A stretch of 64,000 nucleotides of DNA from Mugil cephalus (Eukaryota): NCBI RefSeq assembly GCF_022458985.1, contig NC_061776.1:8322591-8386590 (forward strand), given 5' to 3'. The notes under the pieces were generated by a model, which did not search any database, had not been told where the DNA came from, and saw only the letters and a program-made list of their open reading frames with translations. A program made the translations under genes and the position numbers. Shown here in pieces: positions 24,401-39,400 of this stretch; position 1 is the first letter of the stretch, and every line of letters starts with the position of its first letter.

Positions 24401-27400
24401 CGATTTGAAAACGGACACAGAGATGTCAGCTTAAAATATGATGGACCGTCTTATAATAAAAACAGTTCAGAAACAGCTCAGTAGCTCCGCTGTGATTCCC
24501 CTTGTCTTCCTATTTAACTCTAAATGACAATATGAATTAAGTTTATTTACTTCTGTGTCTCAGGTAAACAACATCATCAGCGTGTCTTGTAACTGGTTCC
24601 CATCTGAGTGGATCGTCAAGAGCTACAGGAACAAAATAAACACCAAAGCTCTGGAGGTTCAAATCTTTTTGGAAGAGAGGTAATATTTTTAGTTTTTTTT
24701 TTTGTCTGATTTCGGTTTCTCTGCTCATTTCAAATTGATCCCGAAGGCCTGAACCGTTGTCTTTACCGTAATCATTACAGTGACCATGACGACAACCGTG
24801 ACAGGAACTGTGTGCAGCTGACAGGCTTCAGTGAGCAACTGTTGAGGTAAAAAAAAAAAATATGTTTTATCCTATAAATGTAAAAAATAGTCGCCATAGC
24901 TCGACCAAAATGTTGAAAATACAGAGACTACAGCTAAATTAGCAGCTGGCATGTTACCCTACAAACGTGACCGTGATCCGCTCTCGATGTGAAAGCTAAT
25001 TAATGTGTTTCTTGTACTTGTATGTGACCAGGTTTGTGGCGGAGCGAGGATCTTCACGGCTGCTGGAACACGTGGAGAACATGGACAAGCTGTACAGCAT
25101 CCCACCACCAGAGGGCGCTAAAGGCTCCCGGAGCACAAACAACGTCGTGTCAATCCCCGCTAGTCCAAAGTTAAGGTGATTTTTATTTTTTAATCTTTGA
25201 CAGTTTCCCATTTTCTCCTCAGGTCAAAAGCATCAGCCTCTCATTTGTGTCTTTTATTGAAAAACTTAATTCTTCCTTTTTTTTTTAAAATTTTTCGGTG
25301 TCTCATCGTTCCCTCTGACGTCAGGTGGCGAGGCGCGCGGATATTCGTCTCCTCCACCTTCCGGGACATGCACTCCGAGCGGGACGTCTTGGTGCGGAGC
25401 GTCTTCCCGGAGCTCCGGCGCCGGGCCGCGGCGCACTGCCTCTACCTGCAGGAGGTGGAGCTGCGCTGGGGCCTGACGGAGGAGGAGTCGGAGCGCGCCG
25501 CCCAGCTGTGCCTGACGGAGGTGTGTCGCAGCCAGATGCTGGTGGGGATCCTGGGCGAGAGGTACGGGCAGGTGCCCCCCAGACCCGTCCTCCCTGACCT
25601 GCCGCAGCACAGCTGGGTAAGACTTTAGATAAAACAATAAATGAATTAATAAATAGGAATGAGTCTATTATTATTAACAATGCCCCTGTGCCCTTGTTTA
25701 TCTCAATAACACTTTATGAGAACTCTCTATAACCACTAAATAACTAACACTGGCTCTATCCATTCATTTTTTATTCATGATCCATCTCTCATGTAACAGG
25801 CATCAGCTCTGTCAAACTCATTTTAGTTACATCTTATGTCTAAAACGTTGCGCCCTCTAGTGGACAAATTAAGACTAGCAATTACTTTATTGAAAAAACA
25901 AAATTAATTAATGTCTTCAATATGAATTTCACACTTTGCAAATGCATCCCGCTTATATTCAGATGTATGTTCTGCTCCAAGTTAAAAGGGATGTTTGCTC
26001 TGATGCTGTAGACCAATCAGCCACAACATTAAAACCACTGACAGGAAAAGTCAGACACCAGAGATCAGACACCCACCCACACACATAAAACCACCTTAGG
26101 AACGACTAAAAAAACACGAAGAGCAGCTTAAGGTGTTGACCTGTCCTCCAAATTCACTAGATGCCAAACTGATTAAGTATCTGTGGGATGATTCACAGAG
26201 GATCCTCCCCTCAACCACTTGGTTTCTTTGTACCGTGACCTGGTTGACTAGTTGAATAGTTACAGATATTGAAGTTTGTTTTAAACTCAAAATCTTTTAA
26301 CATGTCGTTGAAAAGACAGTTATGTTCTTCTCTATGTGCAGCTGGCCTCGGCCCCGGACGGCCTGTCCATCACAGAGATGGAGATAAGTCAGTTCCAGGC
26401 TCTTTATCCCGACACGGCAGACCAGCGAATGTTCTTCTACTTTAGAGATCCAAACATCACCAAGTACGCATCTTATTAATCCCATTAAGCTTGTTTCAGT
26501 GCTGTAATACTACCAGACTCACATTACTAGCTTCTAGTCCAGTAAAACCTCACTGGTTGACAGAAATCCATCACATCATCCACATTGATCCTGTATTTCC
26601 TTTCAATCCTTGCGTTCTGCAGATCGGTTCCTGTGGCCTGGAGGTCACATTTTGCTTCTGAATCAAAGGACGCCGAGTTTAAAATGAACTCTCTGAAGAG
26701 GAGGCTCCTGGACTCTGACGTTAAGGTCACTGAGAAGTGAGTCATCTCGATTAACTCCGTGCTAAAAGCGCGTAAAGTGTTAGAATAGTTCACTTTACAG
26801 TCGGGACACTTCTTGTTTTAAGTGTATTATCTCTTTAATCTGTGTTTTTCACTCCCGACTCAGAGAAAAGGGATATAGAAAGATGTAAAAGGAAATGATA
26901 CAGAACTTCAGAGGATGCCTTTCACGACTGAGGTTTTATAGTTTTGGGAATTGAACATTATACTTACCAACACCAGAGACAAATACGTGTTCAGGAGAAA
27001 GCAAATAAAAAAGCTTTTACAAGGAGACTGCTGAAAATAATTAAATATACTGGAAACTTAGAAATTCAAAAGATTCTTGAAGACCTGGATTTCATATACA
27101 GTCACTTTAATGTGCACTAAATATTCTCCTAATGAAATGATGTGATATTCAACATTTGTTTAAAACAACTTAGAGAGCAGGTGATTCAGCCATGTTTCCA
27201 TTTTGGAGGCTGTGGTTTGTGGAACTGTTTATTGAATTGTGTTGTACTGATGCACGTTCCCATTATTTTTGACGATTTTAGTCACTAAATAACAGAAACA
27301 CTTCAGTTTAATAGCACCACAAAATGCGTCTTCCCCAGTTATCGTACAGTTAAATTACCAACCTTTTTGATGCTGTTTTAACATAAACTGAACATTATAA

Positions 27401-30400
27401 ACATTATCTGGGAGGGTTTAGTGCAGGACTGTTTTATAATAAGAGTGTTTTTACTAGTGAACATAATGAACTTAATGAGGCTGAGTGTGTAACTAGTAGA
27501 AACTCAAAGGTTCACTGCCACAGGATTTAAAATATTTAAGTTAGTTAGCTAGTTAGTTATATTTAAGTTAGATTAAGTATATTTAAGTTAGATTACGTAT
27601 ATTTAGGTTAGTTAGTTAGTTAGTTACAGTATATTTAAGTTAGATTAAGTATGTTTAAGTTAGCTAGTTATATTTAAGTTAGATTAAGTATATTTAGGTT
27701 AGTTAGTTATATTTAAGTTAGATTAAGTATATTTAGGTTAGTTAGTTATATTTAAGTTAGATTAAGTATATTTAAATTAGTTATATTTAAGTTAGATTAA
27801 GTACATTTAAGTTAGTTATATTTAAGTTAGATTAAGAACATTTAAGTTAGTTAGTTGTATTTAAGTTATGTTAAGTGAGGTTAAGTATATTTAGGTTGGC
27901 TAGTTAGTTATATTTAAGATATGTTAAGTATATTTAAATTAGCTGATTATATTTATGTTAGCTTAAGTATATTTTGGTTAGTTAGTTATATTTAAGTAAG
28001 ATTAAACGTGTTTTAGTTAGTTATATTTAAGTAAGATTAAACGTGTTTTAGTTAGTTATATTTAAGTTAGATTAAGTATATTTAGGTTGGTTAGTTATAT
28101 TTAAGTTAGATCAAGTATATTTAGGTTAGTTAGTTATATTTAAGTTAGGTTAAGTATATTTAAGTAAGTTAGTTAGTTGTATTTAAGTTATGTTAAGTTA
28201 GGTTAAGTAAATTTAGGTTGGTTAGTTATACATAAGTAAGATTAAATGTGTTTTAGTTAGTTATATATACCTTAGATTAAGTATATTAAAGTTAGTTAGC
28301 TAGACGTTAGACTGTCTGTTATATTAAATTAAGTTCAATTTTGTTTTGGAAATGTATAAAATCTGTTTTTGTCCTTTATTTATTTTCTTTCTATATTTTT
28401 CTGTTCTGATTTATATTATAACCTTGTTTGAGTGATGCTGCTCTGCCGGCATCTGGGCTTTAAACAAAATGAAAGTGTGAAACTAAAACATCTTATTTAA
28501 ATCACTATACAGACGATCCTTGGTGTCCCATGAGTTGTACTGAGCTTTCTGTCTGTCTTTGACTCTGTCGTAGTTACTCGTGTGAGTGGGGAGGCGTCGT
28601 GGAAGGGAAACCACATCTTAAAAACCTGGAGGGCTTCAGCAGAGCTGTGCTGGAGGACGTCTGGGCGGCCGTCGTCAAGCTGTTTGTGGAAGTGAGGAAT
28701 GAAAACTAAATAATCTTCAACACGGCAGCATTTTTTTTTTTTGGTCCGTCTTCATTATTTTCTCCGTGTTTCAGGAGGACGGCGAGGCCGAGGCTGCGTC
28801 GGAGGCGACGGAGCAGGAGGTCCACCAGGAGGCGCTGCAGAGGCAGTTCTTCGGGCGGTCGAAGCTGCTGTCTGGTGCCGTGGAGATGGTGGAGCAGACC
28901 CAGCTCAAGGGAGGGATGATGGTGGTGGAGGGAGGACCTGGAGAGGGCAAAACCGTCTTCATGGTAAATGTTTTGGAAAAAAAAAAATACCAATCAATTT
29001 ATACACCTACAACGATCAGCCACAACATTAAGACCACTAACAGGAGGAGTAAATCTCATAGATCGATTAAATGTTCTCCTGGGAAACTTTTGGACCTGAA
29101 ATTAGACATGTAGCACCCACCTAGACCAGAGCAGGACCCCCGCCCCATAGCAATGACAATCCTTGATGGCGAGACTTTCACAAAACAACACAAAGTGTTG
29201 ACCTGGCCTCCAGATTCACTAGATCCCAAACTGATCAATTATCTGTGGGGTGATCCACAGAGGCCCCTCCCCTCAACCCATAGGACCCAAAGACCCCCCC
29301 CCACTAACAACATCCTATTAGCAGACATCAGAGGACACCCTCAGAAGACACATGTCCATTCTCTGATGAGTCATAACTGCTGCAATTCATCCCACAGATG
29401 AGAAATGTAGTCTGAATTTCTGATATTTCCGTTTGCAGCCGATCAGTTAATTGATGAGTGGTGTCAGCTCTGTGCTGCTCTGCTAAAAGAGTTGCCCTGA
29501 GTGAACTCCGATTTACATGTTTTTTGATCTTAAGTGGACCAAAAGTCAGAAGAATTTAAGTTTAGCCTCAAAGAAAGTGTCTGTGTTTACTTCTCCAATC
29601 ACAGGCCGCTCTGGCCGACGCCCTCAGGACCGGACACAAGAGCAGAAAGAAGTTAACCTGCGATGTCCTCTGCTACTCTACGTCCGCCAGCCAACCCGCT
29701 CGCTCCGTGGAAAACCTCCTTCGGTGCCTCGTCCTCTGGCTGAGAAACACGAGCGACGAACACGAGGACTCGCCTCTCCCCCGCTCGTACAAGTGAGCGA
29801 CTCTCACACCATTTCATCCACATGGCGACTTTTCACGGGCCTTTAACATCGTCTCTCTCTCTAAACTCAGAGATTTGCTGTCGGAGTTTCACTCCACGCT
29901 GAGCGGCGTGAAGAAGAACAAACCTCTGGCGCTGCTCGTCGACGGGGCGGATCTCGTGTGGGATGGCAGAGGTCAGCTGTGCTCTGATTGGATCCCACAG
30001 CTGCTTCCACAGGTCAGTCGCAAAGACACGTATCACGATACTCGAGTCACGATACGATACATTAATCGCGATATTGCAATATTCTACATAGTTCACTGAG
30101 AAATTTTAAATGCAATTTAAACTAGTTTAATTGGACAAACTGAGTCAAAAACTGTATTAATGTCAATGATCTATTTCCTGTTTATTGCGCTTGTGCAGAA
30201 AATGTGGTGGAAGTCGTTCACAATCGGCCCAAAACACGACCTTTTCTGTTGAAATCGATATCGTCCCTGGAGAAAAAGTGTCGCGATATATTGCTCTACA
30301 GTCACGGACCAGAGCCAGTTTAGTAGTTACTGCTTGTTAAAGGATTAAAGTGTTGGCTTCTGATTTGTGCGTCTTTTTCTCGACAGGGTGTGTGCTTGGT

Positions 30401-33400
30401 GTTGAGTCTCACGTCCAAAGCCGCCCTCTTACAAACACTGACAAAGAAAAAGGGGGCCGTCCTGTTCGCTCTGGGGCAGCTGACGATGCCCGACCGAAAG
30501 GAGATCGTCCAGAAGGAGCTCGACACCTTCGGGAAGAAACTCAGCGACTCTGCGTTCAACAACCAGGTTCTTACGAGACACTTTTTTACGCCGTGGACGT
30601 CTCAGTGTTTTTGTGCACTTTTCTATTTTGTCTCTTAATAAACCGTGTGTGTTGTGTTTGTGTTTGTTCTTCTCCAGCTTCAAACTCTGATAACGAAGAA
30701 GGGAGCAGTGAGTCCGCTCTACCTGCACTTGGCCTGTGAAGACCTGAGGAACTTTGCCTCCTTTGACAAGGTCCGAGCTGCAGAAATGATAACACAGACT
30801 TTTTAAATTTTTTTTAAATAATTTTACGTTACGTTAAATAGCAGCGTGCTCTGTGTTTGTATCTCCTTTTTGTAGTTGAAGGAGAACCTGGAGGGTTTGC
30901 CTCAGACTCTCAGCCAGTTGGTGCAGCACAGTCTGCAGAGGCTCTGCTGGCAGCATAAAGACATGCTGGGACTCCGCTGGGCCCTGGCAGCTCTCACTGT
31001 CAGCACCAGCGGTATGAATTCAGGAGATTGTAGCTTGACTTAAACCTGAGATAAACCGCGGTCACAAGGAGCACGAATGAAAAATTAGGGGCTCGTATAA
31101 TTAGAACAACAATGAGTCAAAAGTGACATGTCCAGAGTAAAATGAGCACGTCTGACTAGTTACAATTTTTATTTCTGTAATTCCTGTCTTGATAATGAAG
31201 GTAAGACTTCTAGGTTTACTACAGAGATGTAATAATGCGATTAGTCAGCCACAACATTATGACCACCGACAGGAAAAAGTAAATAACAAAAACCTAAATA
31301 ATCTTGTGACAATTCAATGTTCTGCTGGCAAATTTTTGGACTTTTGAATTTTGTGTGGATGTTACTTAGACACGTAGCACCCACCTAGACCAGACCAGAC
31401 CAGGACCCCCAATCACATAGCAATGACACTCCTTGATGGCAGCAGTTGTTTAGGAACAACTCAAAAAAAAAAAACATGAAGAACAGCACAAGGTGTTGAC
31501 CTGGCCTCCAAATTCACTAGATCCTAAACTCATCAAGTATCTGTGGGATGATCCACAGAGGCCCCTCCCTCTAAAGCCCCCCACTAACAACCGGAAACCA
31601 CAGGACCCCCCCAGAAGATCCACGTCTATTCTCTGATGAGTCACAACTGTTTTGGAGTCACAAAGGGAGACTTACACAATATTAGGAAGGTGGTCATAAT
31701 GTTATGGCTGATCGGTGTATGTTACTGAGCAACATTACCGGTGGATAATGATATCTGGTATTCCAGATGTGGTGAACTTAAAGTAGTTGTGCGTCCATCT
31801 TATAACAATAGTAAAGAAAAAGAAAGTAGTGAGTCGCTTCTCTGCTCCTCACAATGAAGTTCACCTGTAACACATTTATGTTTTTATACGTTTGTTACGT
31901 TTGTTTGAGGCCGATGTTTAACCTTTTCTGTCTGTTCCTTCCTCTTTATCCCCAGGGCTGAAGGAGAGAGATTTGTACTCCCTGCTGAACACATGCAACG
32001 ATCTGTCGTCGGGGGGAGGACGGCCCACGTGGCAGGAAGCGCTGCACCTGTGCAGGACGCCCAGGGGACGCGCTCCCATGGCAACCTTCACCCGTGTGGT
32101 TCAGAGCGTCCACAGGTACGAGTCCTCTGAGATTTCTTTCATAATTTAGTTTGTTCACTAAATGCTCATTGTTAATCTGTTTTATGTATTACACTGACAC
32201 TCTTTTATTTTTTTATCTGTTCCTGCAGCCTCATCGGTCCGTCTCATTGCCACGAAACTGACGACTTGCTGACTCTAACCATCCCCGAGGTGAAACAGGC
32301 CTTTGAGGACTTTCTTCTCCCGACAGAGGGCGACAGAACCAGAGCTCACCTGGTACTGGCAGGTAAAAAAAACAAAAAAAAACAAAACACGTAGTGTGAT
32401 ATTTCCAAAGTAAGGCCGTTTCTCTCTCTGGTCTCCTTTCTGGTCTCTACAATTAACAAGCTGCAGCTGATTCAAAATGTCCTATTGATTTTAAAGTTCT
32501 TTTATTAGTTTTTTGCACCAGATTATATCTCAGAGGTGTTTTTATTGTATGAACCATAAAGGCGTCTCAGATCCTCTGGCTCGTCTCTTTTAACAGAGTA
32601 GACAGAGTAGAATAAAAACATTTGGTGACGCTGCTTTTAGTCAATATACCTCAAAAACTGTGGAACATCCTGGATCTGAGAGGAGTTAGCAACTTTTAAA
32701 CGTAGGCTAAAAACACATCTCTTTAATCTGGCTTTTATTATTTTATTCTGTTTTACAGTTTGTATTCTCACATTTTTATTTGCTGTTTTTTTTTATTATT
32801 ATTTTTTACCTTTTTATCTTTTTTTGAGTGTTTCTATATTTTATTCTACATTTTTATTCTCCATTTAATTTCATTCTATTTTTAATAATTAAATATTTAA
32901 TATATATTATGATTTATTACTTATTTATCTATATTGATCTTTTATTATTTAACTTATTCTATTATGTTAATTATCATTTTAATTGTCAGTGAAAATGTAC
33001 AGCACTTTGAATGGCATTCCCTTGTCCTGAAAGGTGCTACATAAATAAATAAAATTTGATTTATTGATTGATTCTAATACACCAAATAATTACCGGTGTA
33101 ACTGTATGTTTATATTACTTTTTCTCTTTTCCACAGCTCATCTGTGGGCGCTGGCTGATCCTCTGGGACGAGACACCTTCCTCCACTGTGAGGCCAACTC
33201 TGTCCTGCAGCTGCCGTCCAGCCTGGTTAGGACTCTTTATCGTTATGATAAACTGAGAAGGGACAAATATATGTTTATCTATTTACATAAAGAGTTTCAG
33301 CTAGTAGATCCTGATCTTTGCAGTTTTTTCCTTCACAAACAGAGTCTATCATTAAGCCTTTAAAATGTTCAAAAATAATTTTTTTCAAAAGTTAGATGCA

Positions 33401-36400
33401 ACTCGACATCAGATATTTGAAAGTATTTACATCTCAGCCAGACAAATCGTGGTCGACGATGATAGTTACTGTAGATTTAATCTCCTGACTTCCTTCATTT
33501 GCGTCTGGTCAGATTCAAAGTGGACAACTGGAGGCGCTGCATTCGCTGCTCTCTAGCTATTATTTCCTTTATGCTAATGTGAGACACGGCCTCCTGCATC
33601 AGCTCCTGGAGACGTACAGACTCTACGGTGAGTACGGACTTTCTACAGAAAGTAGAAAAAAAACAAATACTTTATTCATCCTCTGGGGGGAAACGTGAGA
33701 CAACATAACATTAGAGCAAAATCAACATAAGTAACAGGTTTTCTTATCTTGGTAAACTCTGGTTAAACAAAAGCTCTTAATGTTTGTTTCTTTTTTTTTG
33801 CAGATAACGAGCAAACGCCATCCTCCTCGTGTAAGAGCTGTTTTTTTTTTAAATTACTCGACAAACAAATTCTTCTCGTGTCTGCGTTTCATTGCTCATT
33901 TCCTGTTCGTCTCAGTCGGCCTCCAGGGTCGTCTGGAGGACTGTCGAAGCTTCCTGCGGCGCCACGCCTCCACGCTCTCCTCCTGGCCGGCTCTTTTCGT
34001 CCAGCAGGCCCTCGGCGAGCCTCCGGAGGCCACGGCTCACACCTGGGCTCAGGGCCTGGTGGGAAAAGGAGGAGTCCGGGTAGTCGAATGTCTGAACAAC
34101 AGGAACGGACCATGTCAAGAAGAGACCGGGTTGGCAGCTTCTGTCTTAAAGCTTGTTTTCAGTGAGCAGATACAGGGGTGGGAACATGACTGCAATCCAG
34201 TGTTGATAGTTGTCCTATGTGAACTATTGAATAGTTTAATCCAGGAATCTTCAACGTTTTTCAGGCCAAGGACCCAAAACTGATAGAGATTAAGTAGTGT
34301 ATTATATTAAACTCAGCCTATTTATAAATATACATTATTATTAACGTTTTGCATTCAATACTAAGCTATCCTTTATCCATTTACTGAAATATGTTGGATT
34401 CATGTTAATGTGTTATCAGCCAAAGATGTTTTTTCCCTGCAGTACCTCTGTGGAGCCACCAGGGGTCGCTGAACCCCATCATTCCCCTTTGGAAATATTT
34501 AAAATAACTACAAACTATAGTCCTCCCCTGATGGCAGTGTTCCCTAAAATCCTGTTGTGGTGTCACTGAAAATATTTTTTTATTTTTTATAACTGAATCC
34601 GTGTTGTTGCTTTGCATTAATAGTTTTGTGTGTTTCTCCTCAGCGAGCTGGTGTCGACCTTCCCCTCGGAGCCGACCTGTCTGGTCGTGAGCTCGGACGA
34701 AGACCTGATGGTGGTTGGTACCGGACATGGAACGCTACATTTCATCAACACGTGCACTGGACAGGTTTGGACACGTGTTCTTCTCTTTTTTTCTTTTTTT
34801 TTTATCTGCTCTTCGTTGTGTCAGCATTTACTGCTCAGTTCCAACAATAAGCAACAATAGACTGAATATTTGTGATCACTCCTCGTCATCCTCATAACAT
34901 CCAGTCAGACGCTACAGTAACTTGTACGGCTAATGTTACTTCTCAGTAAAGCTCTTAGCGTTAGCATCTTTTATTTAGCTACATTTATCATAACTGAAAT
35001 GAACTAAAACTAACTGAAACCGAGGCTAATCCACTTTTCTAAATCCATACTAGTTCGTATGGCTCATTGTCGAGTCCAATTGCCTTTAATTTGATCTGAT
35101 AATCCACATTTCCCCCGGTCTCACTGTATTTACTGATACATTTAACCACGTTTTTGCCACTCAGGGGGCGTGGCCTCAGGCGGCAGTGAGGTCAATGCAA
35201 ACTGACCTCACTGCCGACCTGGAAGACAGTGAGGACTCCTCTACGTTCTCCAGACGTTGCTTTTTGAATAAGATAATTAATCCCATGCACCACCACAGAG
35301 ACACTGGCTACACAGTCATGTAACATCGTAACTAGTTTCTGTCGTCCTCCGTCGCAGTAACAGAAACCAGGATGCATACATTAAATATAATACAGTCACG
35401 TTTGATGAGAATAAGAATAATATCCATGTCCGTGAGCAGGAGGTCCAGTCGCTGGTGAGCATGAGCGACGGCATCTCGAGCTGCGTCCTGTTGAAAGACA
35501 AATGTCTTGCTACCACCTCCTTTGATGGACGAATAGAGTTGTGGGACACTGAGCATGGATGCAGGTGAGAGGATAACTGAAGGGGGAATTTGCAAAATAT
35601 ATATATATATATATATATAGTCAACCCATAATCCTGGGACTGTTGTGTTTCTTGTGGCTGCAGGACTACTCATATCGATGGCCACACCAACGCGATAACA
35701 GCAAGTGATACCACTGTGGACAAGAAGCACCTCGTAACTGTGTCCCTTGACTTCATGCTAAAAGTGAGTCTCAAAATAATCTCATTAATAATGACGTTTC
35801 CTACGGTTAAATGATTGTTTTGTGAAATAAGTGGTACCTTAATGTTTCTCTGGGCCTTCGTGAAAACCACTTAGTTGAAAATAATGAGAATCCAAAAGCA
35901 ACTATTTTTATATATACTGATATGTAACTTTAATCTCCACATTTAAAGCACAAAAATATATATATTAGCTTCATATGGCATGGCAGTCAACCTCGACGAC
36001 AGCGTACCAGGTCACACATTTGTCATTATTTATAACTTCAGGTTAACTTGGCTCAGATAAGAGGTGAGGTGGAACCACCGACAAGACCACTGTGTTAGCT
36101 GGCTGCTAGCAACGTAGAATAGCACTTAGCCTAAGTTGGCAACTTGCTCGAACCCCCACCAGGGGCGTCACTAGGTTTTAAGGACGGGGGAAGCTTAGCC
36201 CCCAGCAGAGCACAAAATTTCACAAATGTATTATTTCAGTCTGTTTTTGAACACTTTGCACAGAGGCATGACTTTCACTCACAACACAATAATTGTTTGC
36301 TCTCAAATAATTTGAAGTCGCAACGGTTGTAAATCAAATAACTTGAATTAAATTAATGAGTGGAGTCGTTCTACCTTTCACTATGAGGTGAAGAGAAATG

Positions 36401-39400
36401 GATTTATGCCCCTCTAAAAGAGGCCTAATAATGTCAGTAGACCCCACCCACATCTCACAGTCACGCCCATTTTTGGATCATTCTAGAGGGGGCGGAGTCA
36501 TTAACGGCCAAGATGGCGACCGCTAAGCTTTTCCACTTTGAGCTTCAAACTCAATTACTGATGTTATGGAGGGTTTGTCCGTCTTTTACATAAATCAATA
36601 GTCATACAACACAAAAAGCATTGAAATAGACTATATTTAATCAATAAATCAATCAATAAACGTTTAGCCTCATGGCGATAACAGGAGGAGTTTACAGTTT
36701 AATAGTGAACCAGGACACATCTATTTTTTCCTCCTGAATTATATTAATCAAGCATGTTTCTGTTTCTCAGGTGTGGTCGTCCACTAAAGGCAAAGAGGTG
36801 GCCTCCCTGCTCAGCACCAGCCCCATGAACTGTGTGACCTTTCACCCCGACGGTCACCTTCTGGCCGCCGGCTGCTGGGACGGGGACGTCGTTTTGTGGA
36901 ACTGGCTTCAGAATAAAACGCAAACAGTGAGTCGTCACTAGGGGTTAAATAAATGGTTGCTTTACTAGATGCTACCTCAGTCACTAGTGAGCAAAACTAA
37001 TTGCAGCTGTCAGATATATATCATTTTTTTTCTGAGATATTTGGGAATATTTCAGGTCCAGAATCGTTGGTAAAAAATAAATTTCCTGCACCGTTTCTGT
37101 CTGTTTCAGTTCATGCGTGGTCACCAGCGATCGGTGCGCAGCCTCGCCTTCTCCCCGTCTTCCTCCATGCTCTGCTCCGGCTCAGTGTCGGGGGAGGTGA
37201 GGGTGTGGTCGGTGCCCACCTCCACCTGCGTGGGGTGTTTCCAGGCTCACTGCGGAGCCGCCGAGGAACTCGCCTTCCTGGAGGATGGAGCCACGCTTCT
37301 GAGCGGGGGCTCCGACCACACGGTGAGAAACCACCACCGCCTCTACTCTGTCTATTTATAGTATTATTACTCCATCAGTAAGTGCATAACTTACAGATTT
37401 TCTGCTTGTCTTCACTGTGTGTTCTCGTTTTTTCTGTGAAACAGCTCCACCTCTGGTCAGGAGGACTTGGACGTTCGGTCATCGCATTAAAAAGTGATGA
37501 AGTAAGTTCTTATTCATTTGTACAGAAAAATTCACCCAACACATCTGCATCCCTTTCAGCTACTTTTGATCTTATAAATCTGTGTGTATGTACATCCACA
37601 GTTGAGGTAGGATTGGAAAAAAAAATACATATATTCTTAAATCTTTAATCCTCAGGCATCTGTTTAATTTACCACCCTCTTGTGACCTTAGTGGATAAAA
37701 ATGTTCTTGTCCAAAAAGCTGGAATTTTTTATTTTATTTTTTTCAGATTTTTTTTCTACATTACTCTCTTAAACCACTTCAGCACTTTACAAAACTTAAA
37801 AAAACAATCATTTTGAGGAATTTTAACCCTTTGAATGCTTTTATGAAAAAAAACATGAAAATTTAGCTTTAGCTTTTCCATAAAACTAAGGTTGGATGGC
37901 TGTTTTTTTTTTGTTTTGTTTTTTTCAGACCAGTCTTGGGTTTGACCAAGATTATTCAAAATATCGACTTTATTGCATTATTAGGTTTTTTGTAGCATCA
38001 AATTTAAAATTTAACTTAACTTGTAACAAAAATGTCCCATTGACTTCCATTATAACTGCATTTTTTGATCTCTCAGCCGTGGCACAATAAAAATCATTCT
38101 TCCTGCAATATTAGGGTTTAATTTAGGAGAAAATTGGTCACATGTAAAGTTCTGAAATGATATAAAAGATTTATGCAGAAAAAATCAGAAAAGAATAACG
38201 TTTTCGTCCGCTAAGGTTACAAAGAGGGCGTATATACATTTTCTGTTGACTTATTAGAAATATTTTTTTTTGAATTTCAGAATTTGTGTAGAAATAGACT
38301 TGCCTTATGCATATATTCCATATGTGCCTTATGCAGTAACACGGCCAGAGTGGTAGTGCACAGGTTGTGTGATTTGGTTTTTCAGACCCCTCGAGTCGTC
38401 TCCATAGCAACTGTCTATTGATGTGGACTGTACTTGTTGTTTTTTTGTTTGTTTGTTAATTTCTCAGTTTGAAATTGCAAAAACGACCCAATAAAATCAA
38501 AGTATCAAAAAACATTGACTCTCTCCAGACTGCACCAATTAATTGTGTGCCTTTTTGTGTTTTTCATTTATTTATTTTGCGTTTAGTGTGAGGAGGAGCC
38601 TCCTCAGAAGAAATCGAAGCCCGTGACGCCTGTGTCTGCAGCTCTGTGTGCGGCCGTGACGGGAGACTACGCTGCGGTGGGATATCACGGCGAAGGAATC
38701 AAACTCTTCAGTCTCAGCTCAGGTGTGTTTACGTGCTATGGAAAAAGTGGGAAACAAAAGTCACGCATGCAACTCTGAATCAGTGTAAGACATCAGTCAG
38801 ATAGAACGGAAACAAACGAGTGGAGGAGGAGAATTATTACTCCACAAACCTGATTTAAGCTGTAGTGATGTTTTTTATTTGTCTTTTTTGTTGTGATTTT
38901 TGTGATCTCTCCCAGGCTAAAACTAAAAAAAAGAAATACAGGCACTTTGGCTCTTTTTCCACCTTATTAAATCATTTGCAACTGATTTAAATTAGCAATG
39001 ATTTGGAAAGAATGTGTTTTATTATTATTTCTATATAAAATGTAAACATGATATTACATAAAACCTTTTATCTGCATATGTGTAAAAACTGGTTTAATGC
39101 CTCTTAATTATAAAGGCGTAAATACTTTATTTATGAGGAGGTTGTGGTTTTGCAGCTGCATGTTTTAACCTTAAAGTTCATTTTTATTTTTTAACTCGCT
39201 CTCTTTATTGCGTGTTTCAATTTAATTTTTAATGTATTTCCATTTATTTGTCTTTGTGTTGACTTGTGTTTTTTTTTTTTTTTGTATTAAACTAATTAAA
39301 ACACATCTTGTGCACCAATAAAACTAATGGCAGGTGAGACGCTCTGGTCGTCCTCGTCCCTCGACGTGTCCGTGCCGTCGCTGCTGTGGATCTCGTCGGA

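Noticed and set aside
25266-25680. Antisense ORFs of 119-123 aa (Pro/Ala/Arg-rich) opposite tep1 exon 18
   Set aside because: Same GC-richness artefact. The sense frame encodes the conserved TEP1 NACHT-associated domain with correct splice boundaries.
33780-34283. 167-aa plus-strand ORF
   Set aside because: Not a single exon. It reads through intron sequence upstream of the true acceptor (33915) and past the donor. Only 33916-34177 is coding.
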